From IMG/VR virus record IMGVR_UViG_3300027852_000004: DNA of 64,000 nucleotides; one strand, written 5' to 3'. The stretch comes from an uncultured virus (IMG/VR IMGVR_UViG_3300027852_000004). Taxonomy: Duplodnaviria > Heunggongvirae > Uroviricota > Caudoviricetes. Position numbers and translations under genes: made by a program. The notes beneath the pieces were generated by a model. The model did not search any database and was not told where the DNA came from. It was given only the letters and a program-made list of their open reading frames with translations. Below are positions 47,830-56,277 of the stretch, piece by piece. Numbering within the stretch: position 1 is the stretch's first letter; every line of letters begins with the position of its first letter.

Positions 47830-48219
47830 TCATCGTGTTATCCTTTCCAGCCTCCTACGAACGCTTTCCATCAAATCCCACACTTTTGGTGCACGTGTAG
47901 AAACTTCACTAAATCCAGTTCCTATACCATCGGAAGGCCAAATAACAATCTTACCACGCTCTAAAGCCAATTCTATAGGAAGGATATCACACATAAAATT
48001 AGCCTTAATTCGCTCAAAGTCCCTATCATTATAGAAAGCCTCTTCAGACATGTTTGGTAGGTATTTTGTAGCCACTCCAACAGCATTAGGCTCACCACGC
48101 ATTTGAGCAGCCTGACCACCCATACCCTTGCGAAGCATGTTATCACCGAAAACGAATAGGACATCTGGATTATTTTGCAGATACCTACGATAGATTCGAT
48201 GTTGCTTAATAATGGGCAT
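47830..48219 (-). CDS. Conserved phage protein, possibly macrodomain-like
   Basis: FVFGDN...G.GGQA...R.EPNAVGVATK...P.DGIGTG. Confidence 0.6.
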   Translation of the reverse strand: MPIIKQHRIYRRYLQNNPDVLFVFGDNMLRKGMGGQAAQMRGEPNAVGVATKYLPNMSEEAFYNDRDFERIKANFMCDILPIELALERGKIVIWPSDGIGTGFSEVSTRAPKVWDLMESVRRRLERITR

Positions 48220-48222
48220 AAT

Positions 48223-48720
48223 TTAAACCTTCAGATCATCGGGGTGAATTTGCGGGATGGGAGTTAGATCTGGTTCTTCACCACCCAGGAAAACGTAGTT
48301 ATAGTATTCTTCCAAACGTGGCCACAGCCAGTCAGTTCCGCCATGCAAAAACCCCTCACGGAACTCAGCCGCATAAAGACCTCCAGCCGATGAAAAACAC
48401 CCACCCCCAGTTATGGAACACTCCTCCGTAAACGTATCTGAGTCAAACAACTCTTCAGCACTGTGACGTGAAATTAGGTTGAACCATGGATATTTCGTAC
48501 CCCCCAATCCAGAAGGTACATGTGTGTCAGGTGTGTACCAATCCGTGGACGCAGTTAACTCTATACCCCCGATGGGACCCTTCACAATGAATGCTATACT
48601 GACCCCATGAATACCATAATTCGTGCCTGGGGGGTTACGTTTAAAGTTATACGCACCATTCATCCTTACTTCACGGGTCAGAGAAAATGCTTCATCAGCC
48701 ATAGTAGTTACCTTTACCAT
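48223..48720 (-). CDS. Hypothetical protein
   Basis: ORF in co-oriented run. Confidence 0.7.
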   Translation of the reverse strand: MVKVTTMADEAFSLTREVRMNGAYNFKRNPPGTNYGIHGVSIAFIVKGPIGGIELTASTDWYTPDTHVPSGLGGTKYPWFNLISRHSAEELFDSDTFTEECSITGGGCFSSAGGLYAAEFREGFLHGGTDWLWPRLEEYYNYVFLGGEEPDLTPIPQIHPDDLKV

Positions 48721-49012
48721 CAGTTGCCTTCATGTGAACTTTCCTACCGACATTTCCTTGATCGCCTCCGTTTTGATTCAAGCTGCGCTTACCTTGTTTG
48801 ACGAGCTGCATCATACGGCGGCCAACTTCAGCAGGCGTCACACGATTCTTCTTTGCAGTTTGACGAGTTAGGCGACGTGACATTTGACGAGATGTCGGAC
48901 GCTCCACATACGGAATCGCTGCATTTGCCTGACGTTTAGCTTTAGCCACTTTTGCGTGGTGGGCATGACGATCATGCTGTTCCCGTTGCTCGGGTGTCAT
49001 TTTCTTAAACAT
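48695..49012 (-). CDS. Basic hypothetical protein
   Basis: Arg/Lys-rich; GGGG RBS. Confidence 0.6.
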   Translation of the reverse strand: MFKKMTPEQREQHDRHAHHAKVAKAKRQANAAIPYVERPTSRQMSRRLTRQTAKKNRVTPAEVGRRMMQLVKQGKRSLNQNGGDQGNVGRKVHMKATDGKGNYYG

Positions 49013-49013
49013 G

Positions 49014-50495
49014 TTATTCCCCTAAGTCCATTTCTGATTGATTCCACGTCCCACCCCGTAAGGTGTTAATATACGTGGACATTGTTAATTTGATATTGTT
49101 CGCCTTAGTATCTAGTGCTTCCTGTAGCATCTCACCCTCGATCGTATCATCATATTTATAGTATAGGATGTTAATTGGGTGAGGTGTATTTAATCTATGC
49201 AGCCGATCCTCCGCCTGAGTATTTTCATCAACTGTCCACTCCCAACCTATAAACCTACCCTGCCTAGCAGATGGTAACTCAAAGCTTTCGGCAAACTTGA
49301 TTGAGACTATACAACACTTCCCGCGGTTCTCAGGCAGATTAAACTCCTCTTCAACCCTTCTAAGCTCCCCAGGTTTTGTCCCACCTTTCAACACATACGG
49401 TTCAGGATACCCGGCACCTACTACTGCTCCCCGTATGAAGGGGATGGCGGCCGCGAAAGGAGTGAATATTACCTGGTGAGGATCATCTTCTAAAGACTCC
49501 ACAACATGACTGATAGCAGCCCCAACACCCATACTCTCATCCAGCATTTTAGGGCATACCAGGAGTTGTCGTAACTTCGTGATCTGACTCAGCACACTAG
49601 CAGCAAGTATCAACTCCCCGCTCGGTGATAAAGCTCCCCCAAATTTTGACAAGCTATCATACATCTTCTTCTGTTCCGGTGTCATCGTTACGGGTAGATA
49701 GTCACGGGTCTTGGGCGGCCTTTGCGCATCTACCTCATCATCCGATTCACGCAATCTAATAACATAGGGTGCAATAGTTGCTGCCAGCATTTTAAGGTTC
49801 TTGGGACCTACATATTCTTGACCATAGAATCCTGCCACATGCTCACAGAAAGTATTCGAGAACTTCCAATATGATGGAAACTTTGATGGGTCACAAAAGT
49901 TTAAGGATGTCCATAAGTCCTGAGGCCCCACCCGGAGAAGGGTACCAGACAACCCGATGAAGTACTTCACTTGCTTGACATATCTGCGGAATGCTTTTGC
50001 AAGTACAGTCTTACGGTTACGTAGTTTCTGGATCTCATCACCTATCATCATCTCGAACTTGGTCAAGTCTACACCGCACCGCGCATCCATCATATCCCTA
50101 TGAAGCATATCCCATGTAGTGACGACAACAGTGGCTTGCGTCTTCCATAGTTTTCTCCTTTGCTGAGGCGTACCTGTGATGATCTGAATATCACTATCAG
50201 TGAAGCCAGGTACCCACTTAGCATATTCCCGGCGCCAAGTGTTGATGGAGTTCTTCTTACACACCACAATTACACGTAGACCCCAACACAAGGCCTGATG
50301 AATCATAATTGCAATCCTCGACTTACCTAACCCTGGATCAATATATAAGATTCCTCGACCTTTTGATGCCACCGCGGTCGACATATGATCCGACAGCTTG
50401 ACCAGAGTAGTGATCTTACCGCAGAGAAAGTCTGTCACACGCTCCTGATATTGGTAGGGGGGTACCCTTACAGATATGTGCTCAACATCAGTCAT
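49014..50495 (-). CDS. SNF2-like SF2 helicase
   Basis: PGLGKS, DEIQ, LSGT, QAEDRLHR. Confidence 0.9.
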   Translation of the reverse strand: MTDVEHISVRVPPYQYQERVTDFLCGKITTLVKLSDHMSTAVASKGRGILYIDPGLGKSRIAIMIHQALCWGLRVIVVCKKNSINTWRREYAKWVPGFTDSDIQIITGTPQQRRKLWKTQATVVVTTWDMLHRDMMDARCGVDLTKFEMMIGDEIQKLRNRKTVLAKAFRRYVKQVKYFIGLSGTLLRVGPQDLWTSLNFCDPSKFPSYWKFSNTFCEHVAGFYGQEYVGPKNLKMLAATIAPYVIRLRESDDEVDAQRPPKTRDYLPVTMTPEQKKMYDSLSKFGGALSPSGELILAASVLSQITKLRQLLVCPKMLDESMGVGAAISHVVESLEDDPHQVIFTPFAAAIPFIRGAVVGAGYPEPYVLKGGTKPGELRRVEEEFNLPENRGKCCIVSIKFAESFELPSARQGRFIGWEWTVDENTQAEDRLHRLNTPHPINILYYKYDDTIEGEMLQEALDTKANNIKLTMSTYINTLRGGTWNQSEMDLGE

Positions 50496-51441
50496 CGTCA
50501 GTCTCCGGACTCATGTCGATTGGATTGCGGAATCCTAGGAAGATAGGATGGCGAGGCTTATTCTTGGATCCGATAGGTGTAAACTTGAACTTAATCAACC
50601 TACCTAGATAGTCTTCACGATTATCCCACACTTTCTGACGTAGTTCAAAGTCCAAGCCTATACCTGAACCAACTTTTACATTAACCATCTCACCTTTAAA
50701 CTTGCACCTACAATAAAACTTCCCAAGTGTGCCTGCAGGAACTTTACCTGCTATATGTGAAGATCGTACTGTCATACCGCGTTCGGATTCTGTAGCTACA
50801 TTTCCATTATGCAACATTTCCTCAAAGCCCGTGATGCTACCTTCCATATCCTCCCAAACCTTACGTCTTAGCAAATGCCCCTGCAGCATTGTTGAACGTC
50901 CATATTTATATCCTGAGGATGTTTGACGCAACACAATACCTTCATGACCCTCAGAAAGGAACTTCTCTTCAAGCTGGTGAAACATTCCCACATCGAGAAC
51001 CTTATATGAGGGTACCAACTTAATACGTCCATATCCAGCATCGTGCAGATGGCGTACAAGAGTTTTCACTCTCTGGTATCTTGCGTACGCCATTAGATTA
51101 GGTGAGTTACAGACGTCAAATACGTAATACGCAAAATTAGGTTCACCGGCCACCGACATAACTGCCGACTGGATACTATTGAAGTCTTGAGCTTCACCTT
51201 GATCATCACGCGTAACTAGTTCGCCATCTAGACCGTCAGCCCAGGATGGTAACCCGTCAAAATATTCTTGAATGAATAAGTTAGGTAAAGGTTTCAATGA
51301 TCTTGAAGTCGCTACTGACGACAAATTAATAGCACGAATACCATCGATCTTGGGCTGAGCTAAGTAAGGTAAACCTTCCTCTAGTCTATCCTCCTTGATC
51401 GTAGCAGCCAACATAGGCATAATCCTATCAACATTACTCAT
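50488..51441 (-). CDS. ATP-dependent DNA ligase
   Basis: KIDGIR, LDGEL, FD, EGIVLR, RHPIFLGFR. Confidence 0.93.
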   Translation of the reverse strand: MSNVDRIMPMLAATIKEDRLEEGLPYLAQPKIDGIRAINLSSVATSRSLKPLPNLFIQEYFDGLPSWADGLDGELVTRDDQGEAQDFNSIQSAVMSVAGEPNFAYYVFDVCNSPNLMAYARYQRVKTLVRHLHDAGYGRIKLVPSYKVLDVGMFHQLEEKFLSEGHEGIVLRQTSSGYKYGRSTMLQGHLLRRKVWEDMEGSITGFEEMLHNGNVATESERGMTVRSSHIAGKVPAGTLGKFYCRCKFKGEMVNVKVGSGIGLDFELRQKVWDNREDYLGRLIKFKFTPIGSKNKPRHPIFLGFRNPIDMSPETDDD

Positions 51442-51590
51442 TTGGTCACATCCTTGATTTTGGGTTCGAACATGGGTGAAACGATTTTACACTTGGGGAC
51501 ATTATGCTTCTTCATGCATGCAGTATCTCCAACGCACAAAGCAAGTGACAAAATCAACGCTGCAGCAAAGAAACCTATAACATAATCCAT
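51438..51590 (-). CDS. 50-aa membrane-anchored protein not in ORF track
   Basis: MDYVIGFFAAALILSLALCVG...; ATGA overlap with ligase. Confidence 0.55.
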   Translation of the reverse strand: MDYVIGFFAAALILSLALCVGDTACMKKHNVPKCKIVSPMFEPKIKDVTK

Positions 51591-51591
51591 A

Positions 51592-51780
51592 TTACTCGTC
51601 CGATCCATCTTTAGACAAACAGTGTGACTGGTTCAGGGTTGCAAGCTGAGTCTGGGCGGGTACCTGTAAGTGCTTGATAACCGTTACCATACTTTGTTCG
51701 CAGACGGCTTTGGACTCGAATTCAGCTGTAAATCCACCCTGTAAGGGTATAATAATTATCATTATCCAGTTCATCACCAA
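51592..51780 (-). CDS. Small hypothetical protein
   Basis: GGAGG RBS; hydrophobic N-terminus. Confidence 0.6.
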   Translation of the reverse strand: MVMNWIMIIIIPLQGGFTAEFESKAVCEQSMVTVIKHLQVPAQTQLATLNQSHCLSKDGSDE

Positions 51781-51986
51781 TTTCCTCCGTAAGTTTCAGA
51801 CTCACCCCAAGTGCAGGGCCCACATAAGCCTACCGCATATACTACGGGCTTTTCACCACAATTCGTACACCCACGAGTATAATCCTTTTGAAAGGCTTCC
51901 TTATCAGTCATATTTTCAGGGTCAACACATGTCGGCTTGGGATGCACAGTAGGTGTTAACCCCAGTTTAATCCTATCATCAGACAT
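51774..51986 (-). CDS. Small Zn-ribbon protein
   Basis: CTNC...CGPC. Confidence 0.65.
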   Translation of the reverse strand: MSDDRIKLGLTPTVHPKPTCVDPENMTDKEAFQKDYTRGCTNCGEKPVVYAVGLCGPCTWGESETYGGNW

Positions 51987-52392
51987 TGCTAAGATCCACC
52001 ATCGTTGAGGCGTTCTCGATGTCTGACATTTCCAGAATAAAGTCGGGCAACTTGATCAACTTGCAAGCTTTGGATTTGCCGTCGAACATAACACCAATTT
52101 CATAATGCCCTAGAGCATTCATGTGCTTAGCAAACTGCACAATCGCCTTATGACGACAATCATTAGTCCCAGCAGGACACTTGCAGTCATACCCGCCACG
52201 TTTAACCAACATCCAATACGAGCTACTAAAGTCCCAGTTCTGGAGATACTTCGTAATCTTGATATCACCCCCCGAACCAGAGTTTTCATCCTTATTGACA
52301 TACAGCGAATACAGATGTGTTGTCTTGGGTAATCCTGCAGGCACATCAGCCAACACGAAATCCATATCTACTTCACCCACTTCTTCAGTCAT
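51979..52392 (-). CDS. SWIM zinc-finger-like protein
   Basis: CKCP....CRH. Confidence 0.6.
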   Translation of the reverse strand: MTEEVGEVDMDFVLADVPAGLPKTTHLYSLYVNKDENSGSGGDIKITKYLQNWDFSSSYWMLVKRGGYDCKCPAGTNDCRHKAIVQFAKHMNALGHYEIGVMFDGKSKACKLIKLPDFILEMSDIENASTMVDLSNV

Positions 52393-52393
52393 C

Positions 52394-52984
52394 CTATCTC
52401 TCCCTCTGGTTTGCACGTTGTTCGACTGCAGTAGCCCACCTCACATTGCCAGGCTTATACGGTCCATCATTATCGATTCTGTCAATTGAAAACTTCCGAC
52501 TCTTGCGAGGACCAACATGCTCCAAGAAGTTCCTAAAGCCATCTTCAGGTCCAGCCTTGTTAGGATCTTTATTCCATTCATCACATACGAAGATCCCACG
52601 ACCTCCATAGGATGAGTAATGTTTATGATTTTTGTCCTCGGTACGACGATGCATCATATACCAAATACCATACTCTTCTTTGAACAGGGATTTGAGTGTT
52701 GAGGTACGACAACCGCAATTCCACTTAGGTGCAGCACGTTTCATATAATACTCAGGAACTGTGAGCTCAGTCCCACAACTACACTTACACCTCCAACGTA
52801 TCGCAAGGTTAGGTGATAAACGTCTGGAACGACGAATCTTCCGTAACAACTTAAGTTCACCAAACTGCATTCCAATATAGAATCTTCCGGGCACTCTCTT
52901 GGGAGGTTCAGCATCAGGTGCCCCCTCAACTAGGTGTGCAGGTAAATCCAGTATATACTTAGGCTTACGTGTAGTTCTAACCAT
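52394..52984 (-). CDS. HNH homing endonuclease-like protein
   Basis: YGGRGI.VC.EW, SIDRIDND..Y.PGNVRWAT..EQ..N. Confidence 0.85.
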   Translation of the reverse strand: MVRTTRKPKYILDLPAHLVEGAPDAEPPKRVPGRFYIGMQFGELKLLRKIRRSRRLSPNLAIRWRCKCSCGTELTVPEYYMKRAAPKWNCGCRTSTLKSLFKEEYGIWYMMHRRTEDKNHKHYSSYGGRGIFVCDEWNKDPNKAGPEDGFRNFLEHVGPRKSRKFSIDRIDNDGPYKPGNVRWATAVEQRANQRER

Positions 52985-53144
52985 TAAGAATCTCCCTGAT
53001 CTGCTCTTTCGTCAGCTTGTGATAATCTCGTAGGTGATGCGACACACCAATTTTATCTCTGAGACCTTTCCCACATTTAGGACACTTGTGCAAATTCTTC
53101 CGAGGTGCGCGGGCGTGTAGTAAATGCTTACTTTTATCAACCAT
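52977..53144 (-). CDS. 55-aa C2H2 zinc-finger protein not in ORF track
   Basis: CPKC-x12-H-x4-H; overlaps both neighbours in coupled fashion. Confidence 0.75.
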   Translation of the reverse strand: MVDKSKHLLHARAPRKNLHKCPKCGKGLRDKIGVSHHLRDYHKLTKEQIREILNG

Positions 53145-53346
53145 CAGCCAAAATAGTCCCTTTTAAGTTAGGTGGGAGTGGTTCGCGGCACATGCCACTC
53201 CCGTTCCATGCATTCAGGGCACATGAAGAAAACCCCGCCGACTGCTCTCGACGCACGTCAGTGGTCCAGAGTTTAGTTGGGGGCGATTTTGTGGCACATG
53301 CCACCCCCGTTTTCATGCTGTTAAGGTCTGTCAAGAACCTTGCCAC
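53137..53346 (-). CDS. Hypothetical protein
   Basis: ORF in co-oriented run. Confidence 0.45.
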   Translation of the reverse strand: MARFLTDLNSMKTGVACATKSPPTKLWTTDVRREQSAGFSSCALNAWNGSGMCREPLPPNLKGTILADG

Positions 53347-53365
53347 ACTCTAGACCCGTCGAAGC

Positions 53366-53680
53366 CTAGAGTTTGAGTTCACGTTGCAAAGCCATCATCT
53401 GGATAGCACGCTCGGCAACTGCTTCTTCGACCAACGCCTTAGTTGAACGAATATCCAAGCCTTTGACAGCAGCGGCCTGCATCAATAGTTCACCGTTGAC
53501 ATTGGTTTGCATCGCAGCAAATACCTCATCAGCATTCTGGTCGTCTTGCACATCGCAGACCATTCCAAGCTCGACACGCTGATTTGCGTAACGCTCAGTT
53601 GGGATCAGGATTGACCGCCGATATTCCAATGATGTGATCTTCAACTTAACCTTCTTGCTCTTGTCTTTACCTTTACCCAT
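53366..53680 (-). CDS. Hypothetical protein
   Basis: AAGGGA RBS. Confidence 0.7.
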   Translation of the reverse strand: MGKGKDKSKKVKLKITSLEYRRSILIPTERYANQRVELGMVCDVQDDQNADEVFAAMQTNVNGELLMQAAAVKGLDIRSTKALVEEAVAERAIQMMALQRELKL

Positions 53681-53722
53681 GATTTTCCCTTTCCATGGTT
53701 AGTTGCTGGAGTAGTATCGTAT

Positions 53723-53825
53723 AGCAATATTAAAAAAGGGATGGAAAGCGCATGTCTACCCACACAAACCACCCCAGTTAGAGCCTTGCAGTGCCGGCTC
53801 GAGGCGTCCCTTTATTAATATTGCT
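53723..53825 (-). ncRNA. Candidate structured RNA element
   Basis: 20-nt near-perfect inverted repeat enclosing 63 nt with an internal hairpin. Confidence 0.35.
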
Positions 53826-53870
53826 TAATCCTCAATTTCCTTTCATCTTGATTTTATTTTAAATCATTTC

Positions 53871-54197
53871 TCAATGACTCTCAAGATGGCTTTTTAAGTT
53901 TTTTTTAGGGTCAATCAATGCCTGCTGAGGATTTAAGACGTCTTCGACAATCTTACGAAAACGGTCATTATTAGGTGTATGTCCCCCACTGATAGCCCCA
54001 GCACAAGCAAACTTCCAAGCATTCTCAACTTGAAGCATGGCAAGCAACGATGTAGCCTGATGAAAAGATAATCCCATTAAAGATAACTCCTGTGCGAACT
54101 CTTTGTCACGTTCAAACATCATTATCTGGAGCTGCCTTGCTTTAGCCATATGCTCAGCCTTAACTGCGAAACGTTCTGGATGAATCTTATCTGGCAT
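53871..54197 (-). CDS. Hypothetical protein
   Basis: Coupled ORF. Confidence 0.65.
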   Translation of the reverse strand: MPDKIHPERFAVKAEHMAKARQLQIMMFERDKEFAQELSLMGLSFHQATSLLAMLQVENAWKFACAGAISGGHTPNNDRFRKIVEDVLNPQQALIDPKKNLKSHLESH

Positions 54198-54508
54198 TAT
54201 ACTTTTCCTACCTTAGGTATTCTTGTTTGGGTTTGTGTTACCTTAATGAACTTGGGTGTAAGTATCTTTAGGGTATAGGTTAACATACGCAATTTAAGTA
54301 TATCATTAGCAATGACTGAGCCCGTATCCAATAAGTCGGCCAAACGTATGAAATCATCAATATCGAAAGTGAGCTTGTACATGGCTACAGGATTTTTGGT
54401 AATCATAGCCATCTGAACATCGGCTCTAAGAATTGCCATCTCATGTCGTAACCTCTCAGCATTCTTTAATTGTTCAGGGCTGTACTGCACCTTTAAATTC
54501 TTTGGCAT
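54197..54508 (-). CDS. Hypothetical protein
   Basis: GGGGAG RBS. Confidence 0.65.
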   Translation of the reverse strand: MPKNLKVQYSPEQLKNAERLRHEMAILRADVQMAMITKNPVAMYKLTFDIDDFIRLADLLDTGSVIANDILKLRMLTYTLKILTPKFIKVTQTQTRIPKVGKV

Positions 54509-55046
54509 CGACTACATGCTCCCCCTTATTGAACATTAGATAGTATAACCCGTGACGGATTGCATCTCTTGCGTGGCGTTCACCCTTCTGCCATAAACCC
54601 CAATGCTGTAACAGATCGTCGGTAGCGAACGTTTTAGCTGTAACTGCCATCTGCATCTGATACGGTATCTCGTGATAACCGAATACACTTTCAAATGCAC
54701 CTATCAGTTTAGGTGTGTGAAGTTTAGAGAATGTATGTTCATCTTTCTTCCAACCATACATTCTATAATCTTCCATCACTACCCTAGAATTAACAGTAGG
54801 AACGTTGTGCTTTGACATTATCCCAAGTATATAATCATGTGCATGCTCTCGGCACTTTGTTTGAATTTGTCCTGATGCCATAAGTTCAAAGTCTTCGAAC
54901 AATGCCCAGCCCGTAGTTTCACCTGGATCAAGGCAGAGCAACCAACCTCCCCACATTGTAAGACGTACATCATCCTTCTTAGAGTTCGACCGAAATGCCG
55001 TGATGGTTTCACGAAAGGTTTTAGGATAAATTTCAGCAATGCCCAT
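54474..55046 (-). CDS. RuvC-like Holliday junction resolvase
   Basis: LDPGETTGWA, VVMED, HARDA. Confidence 0.8.
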   Translation of the reverse strand: MGIAEIYPKTFRETITAFRSNSKKDDVRLTMWGGWLLCLDPGETTGWALFEDFELMASGQIQTKCREHAHDYILGIMSKHNVPTVNSRVVMEDYRMYGWKKDEHTFSKLHTPKLIGAFESVFGYHEIPYQMQMAVTAKTFATDDLLQHWGLWQKGERHARDAIRHGLYYLMFNKGEHVVDAKEFKGAVQP

Positions 55047-55133
55047 AGTATCTCTCCTATGCGTACTAAAAATGTCGGCCTCGCACCGACTCGGAGGTTA
55101 AACAGTACCTCTAATGCCCAGGTATGGTTGGGG

Positions 55134-55451
55134 TTATTCTTCGGCGCCAGTATCAGTTTCTGCATTTTCTTCAGCAGGTTTTTCTTTCTTTGGCGGACGA
55201 TAGTCTTTAGTCGCGGCATAAACAATTTGAAACTGAACTTCACGGCCTTCAATTTCACATAGCTGGTTTGTCACTTCACGACGTGTGCGACCATTTTCAA
55301 TCACTTCACGACGAATAAAGTCAACACGTTTGATCTGCTCACCCCCTACAGGATCAGTGATCATAATAAAGCGTCCACCCTTACCTTTCGATGCAGCTTC
55401 AGCGCCTTCCTCAGTTACAACTTCTTCTTCATTTGCTTTTTCTTTGGCCAT
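55134..55451 (-). CDS. Small putative DNA-binding protein
   Basis: GAAAGGA RBS and own promoter; core weakly similar to the terminal HTH paralogs. Confidence 0.7.
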   Translation of the reverse strand: MAKEKANEEEVVTEEGAEAASKGKGGRFIMITDPVGGEQIKRVDFIRREVIENGRTRREVTNQLCEIEGREVQFQIVYAATKDYRPPKKEKPAEENAETDTGAEE

Positions 55452-55511
55452 GGAATATTCCTTTCGTGCCATTGGTTAATTATGCTAAATTTTAGCGATT
55501 CAACAATTTAA

Positions 55512-55539
55512 ATAATATAGCATCTAAATGATAAATCAA
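55512..55539 (-). promoter_or_regulatory. sigma70-like promoter
   Basis: TTGATT-N16-TATTAT with AGATGCTA before -10. Confidence 0.55.
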
Positions 55540-55581
55540 CGACTTTTTTAATAGTCACTCGAAATTAATTTCGACTACAAT

Positions 55582-55983
55582 TTAGCCTTGGGTAGTTCCA
55601 TCAGACGTAGGTTCGGGATCAGGATCCTGCAACTCTACGTAAGGGGTAGTATCAAAATCACGGGCTAACGCTAAAGCATCAACCGAGACATATGCCCACT
55701 GTGCCATAGATTTGATATTATACGGCATCGTGCCCTCAGCCCAGACTTGATCGGTAACCAGATCGTTGATATTCAGATAAGCAATCATGGCTGCCAACAT
55801 TCGTGCAGCACTATCATCACGTTTCTCAGCATCTGTCTGCCGCGTCGCAGCTGTAGGTGTAGGTTCAGTTTCAAGCATACCACGTAAGACATTAAGGTCT
55901 TCGATAAGCCAGTCAGGCGATGATGCCAACCGTTCCACATGTGCTTGAATCTTCGCCAATTGAGCGTCTGAAAGTATGTCCAT
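55582..55983 (-). CDS. Hypothetical protein
   Basis: AGGAGA RBS. Confidence 0.7.
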   Translation of the reverse strand: MDILSDAQLAKIQAHVERLASSPDWLIEDLNVLRGMLETEPTPTAATRQTDAEKRDDSAARMLAAMIAYLNINDLVTDQVWAEGTMPYNIKSMAQWAYVSVDALALARDFDTTPYVELQDPDPEPTSDGTTQG

Positions 55984-56000
55984 AGTCTTTCTCCTATAAG

Positions 56001-56234
56001 TTAAATCCCATAATTAATCTCCGGTTTTAATGCGCTTCGGTATGCTCTACCTAGTGCAGTTAATTCATAGCACTGTGACGGATGCTTAGGATGCTCAATC
56101 AATCCACGAGAGCACATACCCATTAATGTCATCCAATATGTACTTCCCGGATGCAATGACTTACCCGCTGAACTTTTAAGCACCTTACGCATGTTAGGTG
56201 ACAAATCTGCCAATTGATCAAAACTAATCTTCAT
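56001..56234 (-). CDS. Small winged-helix-like protein
   Basis: RGLIE...YELTALGR; GGAGG RBS. Confidence 0.6.
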   Translation of the reverse strand: MKISFDQLADLSPNMRKVLKSSAGKSLHPGSTYWMTLMGMCSRGLIEHPKHPSQCYELTALGRAYRSALKPEINYGI

Positions 56235-56277
56235 AGGTTCCCCCTCCAAGGATATTTAGTTGTACCACGCCATCTCA

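Noticed and set aside
52394..52984. Intron-encoded endonuclease
   Set aside because: Flanks are intact coupled small ORFs; no split gene seen
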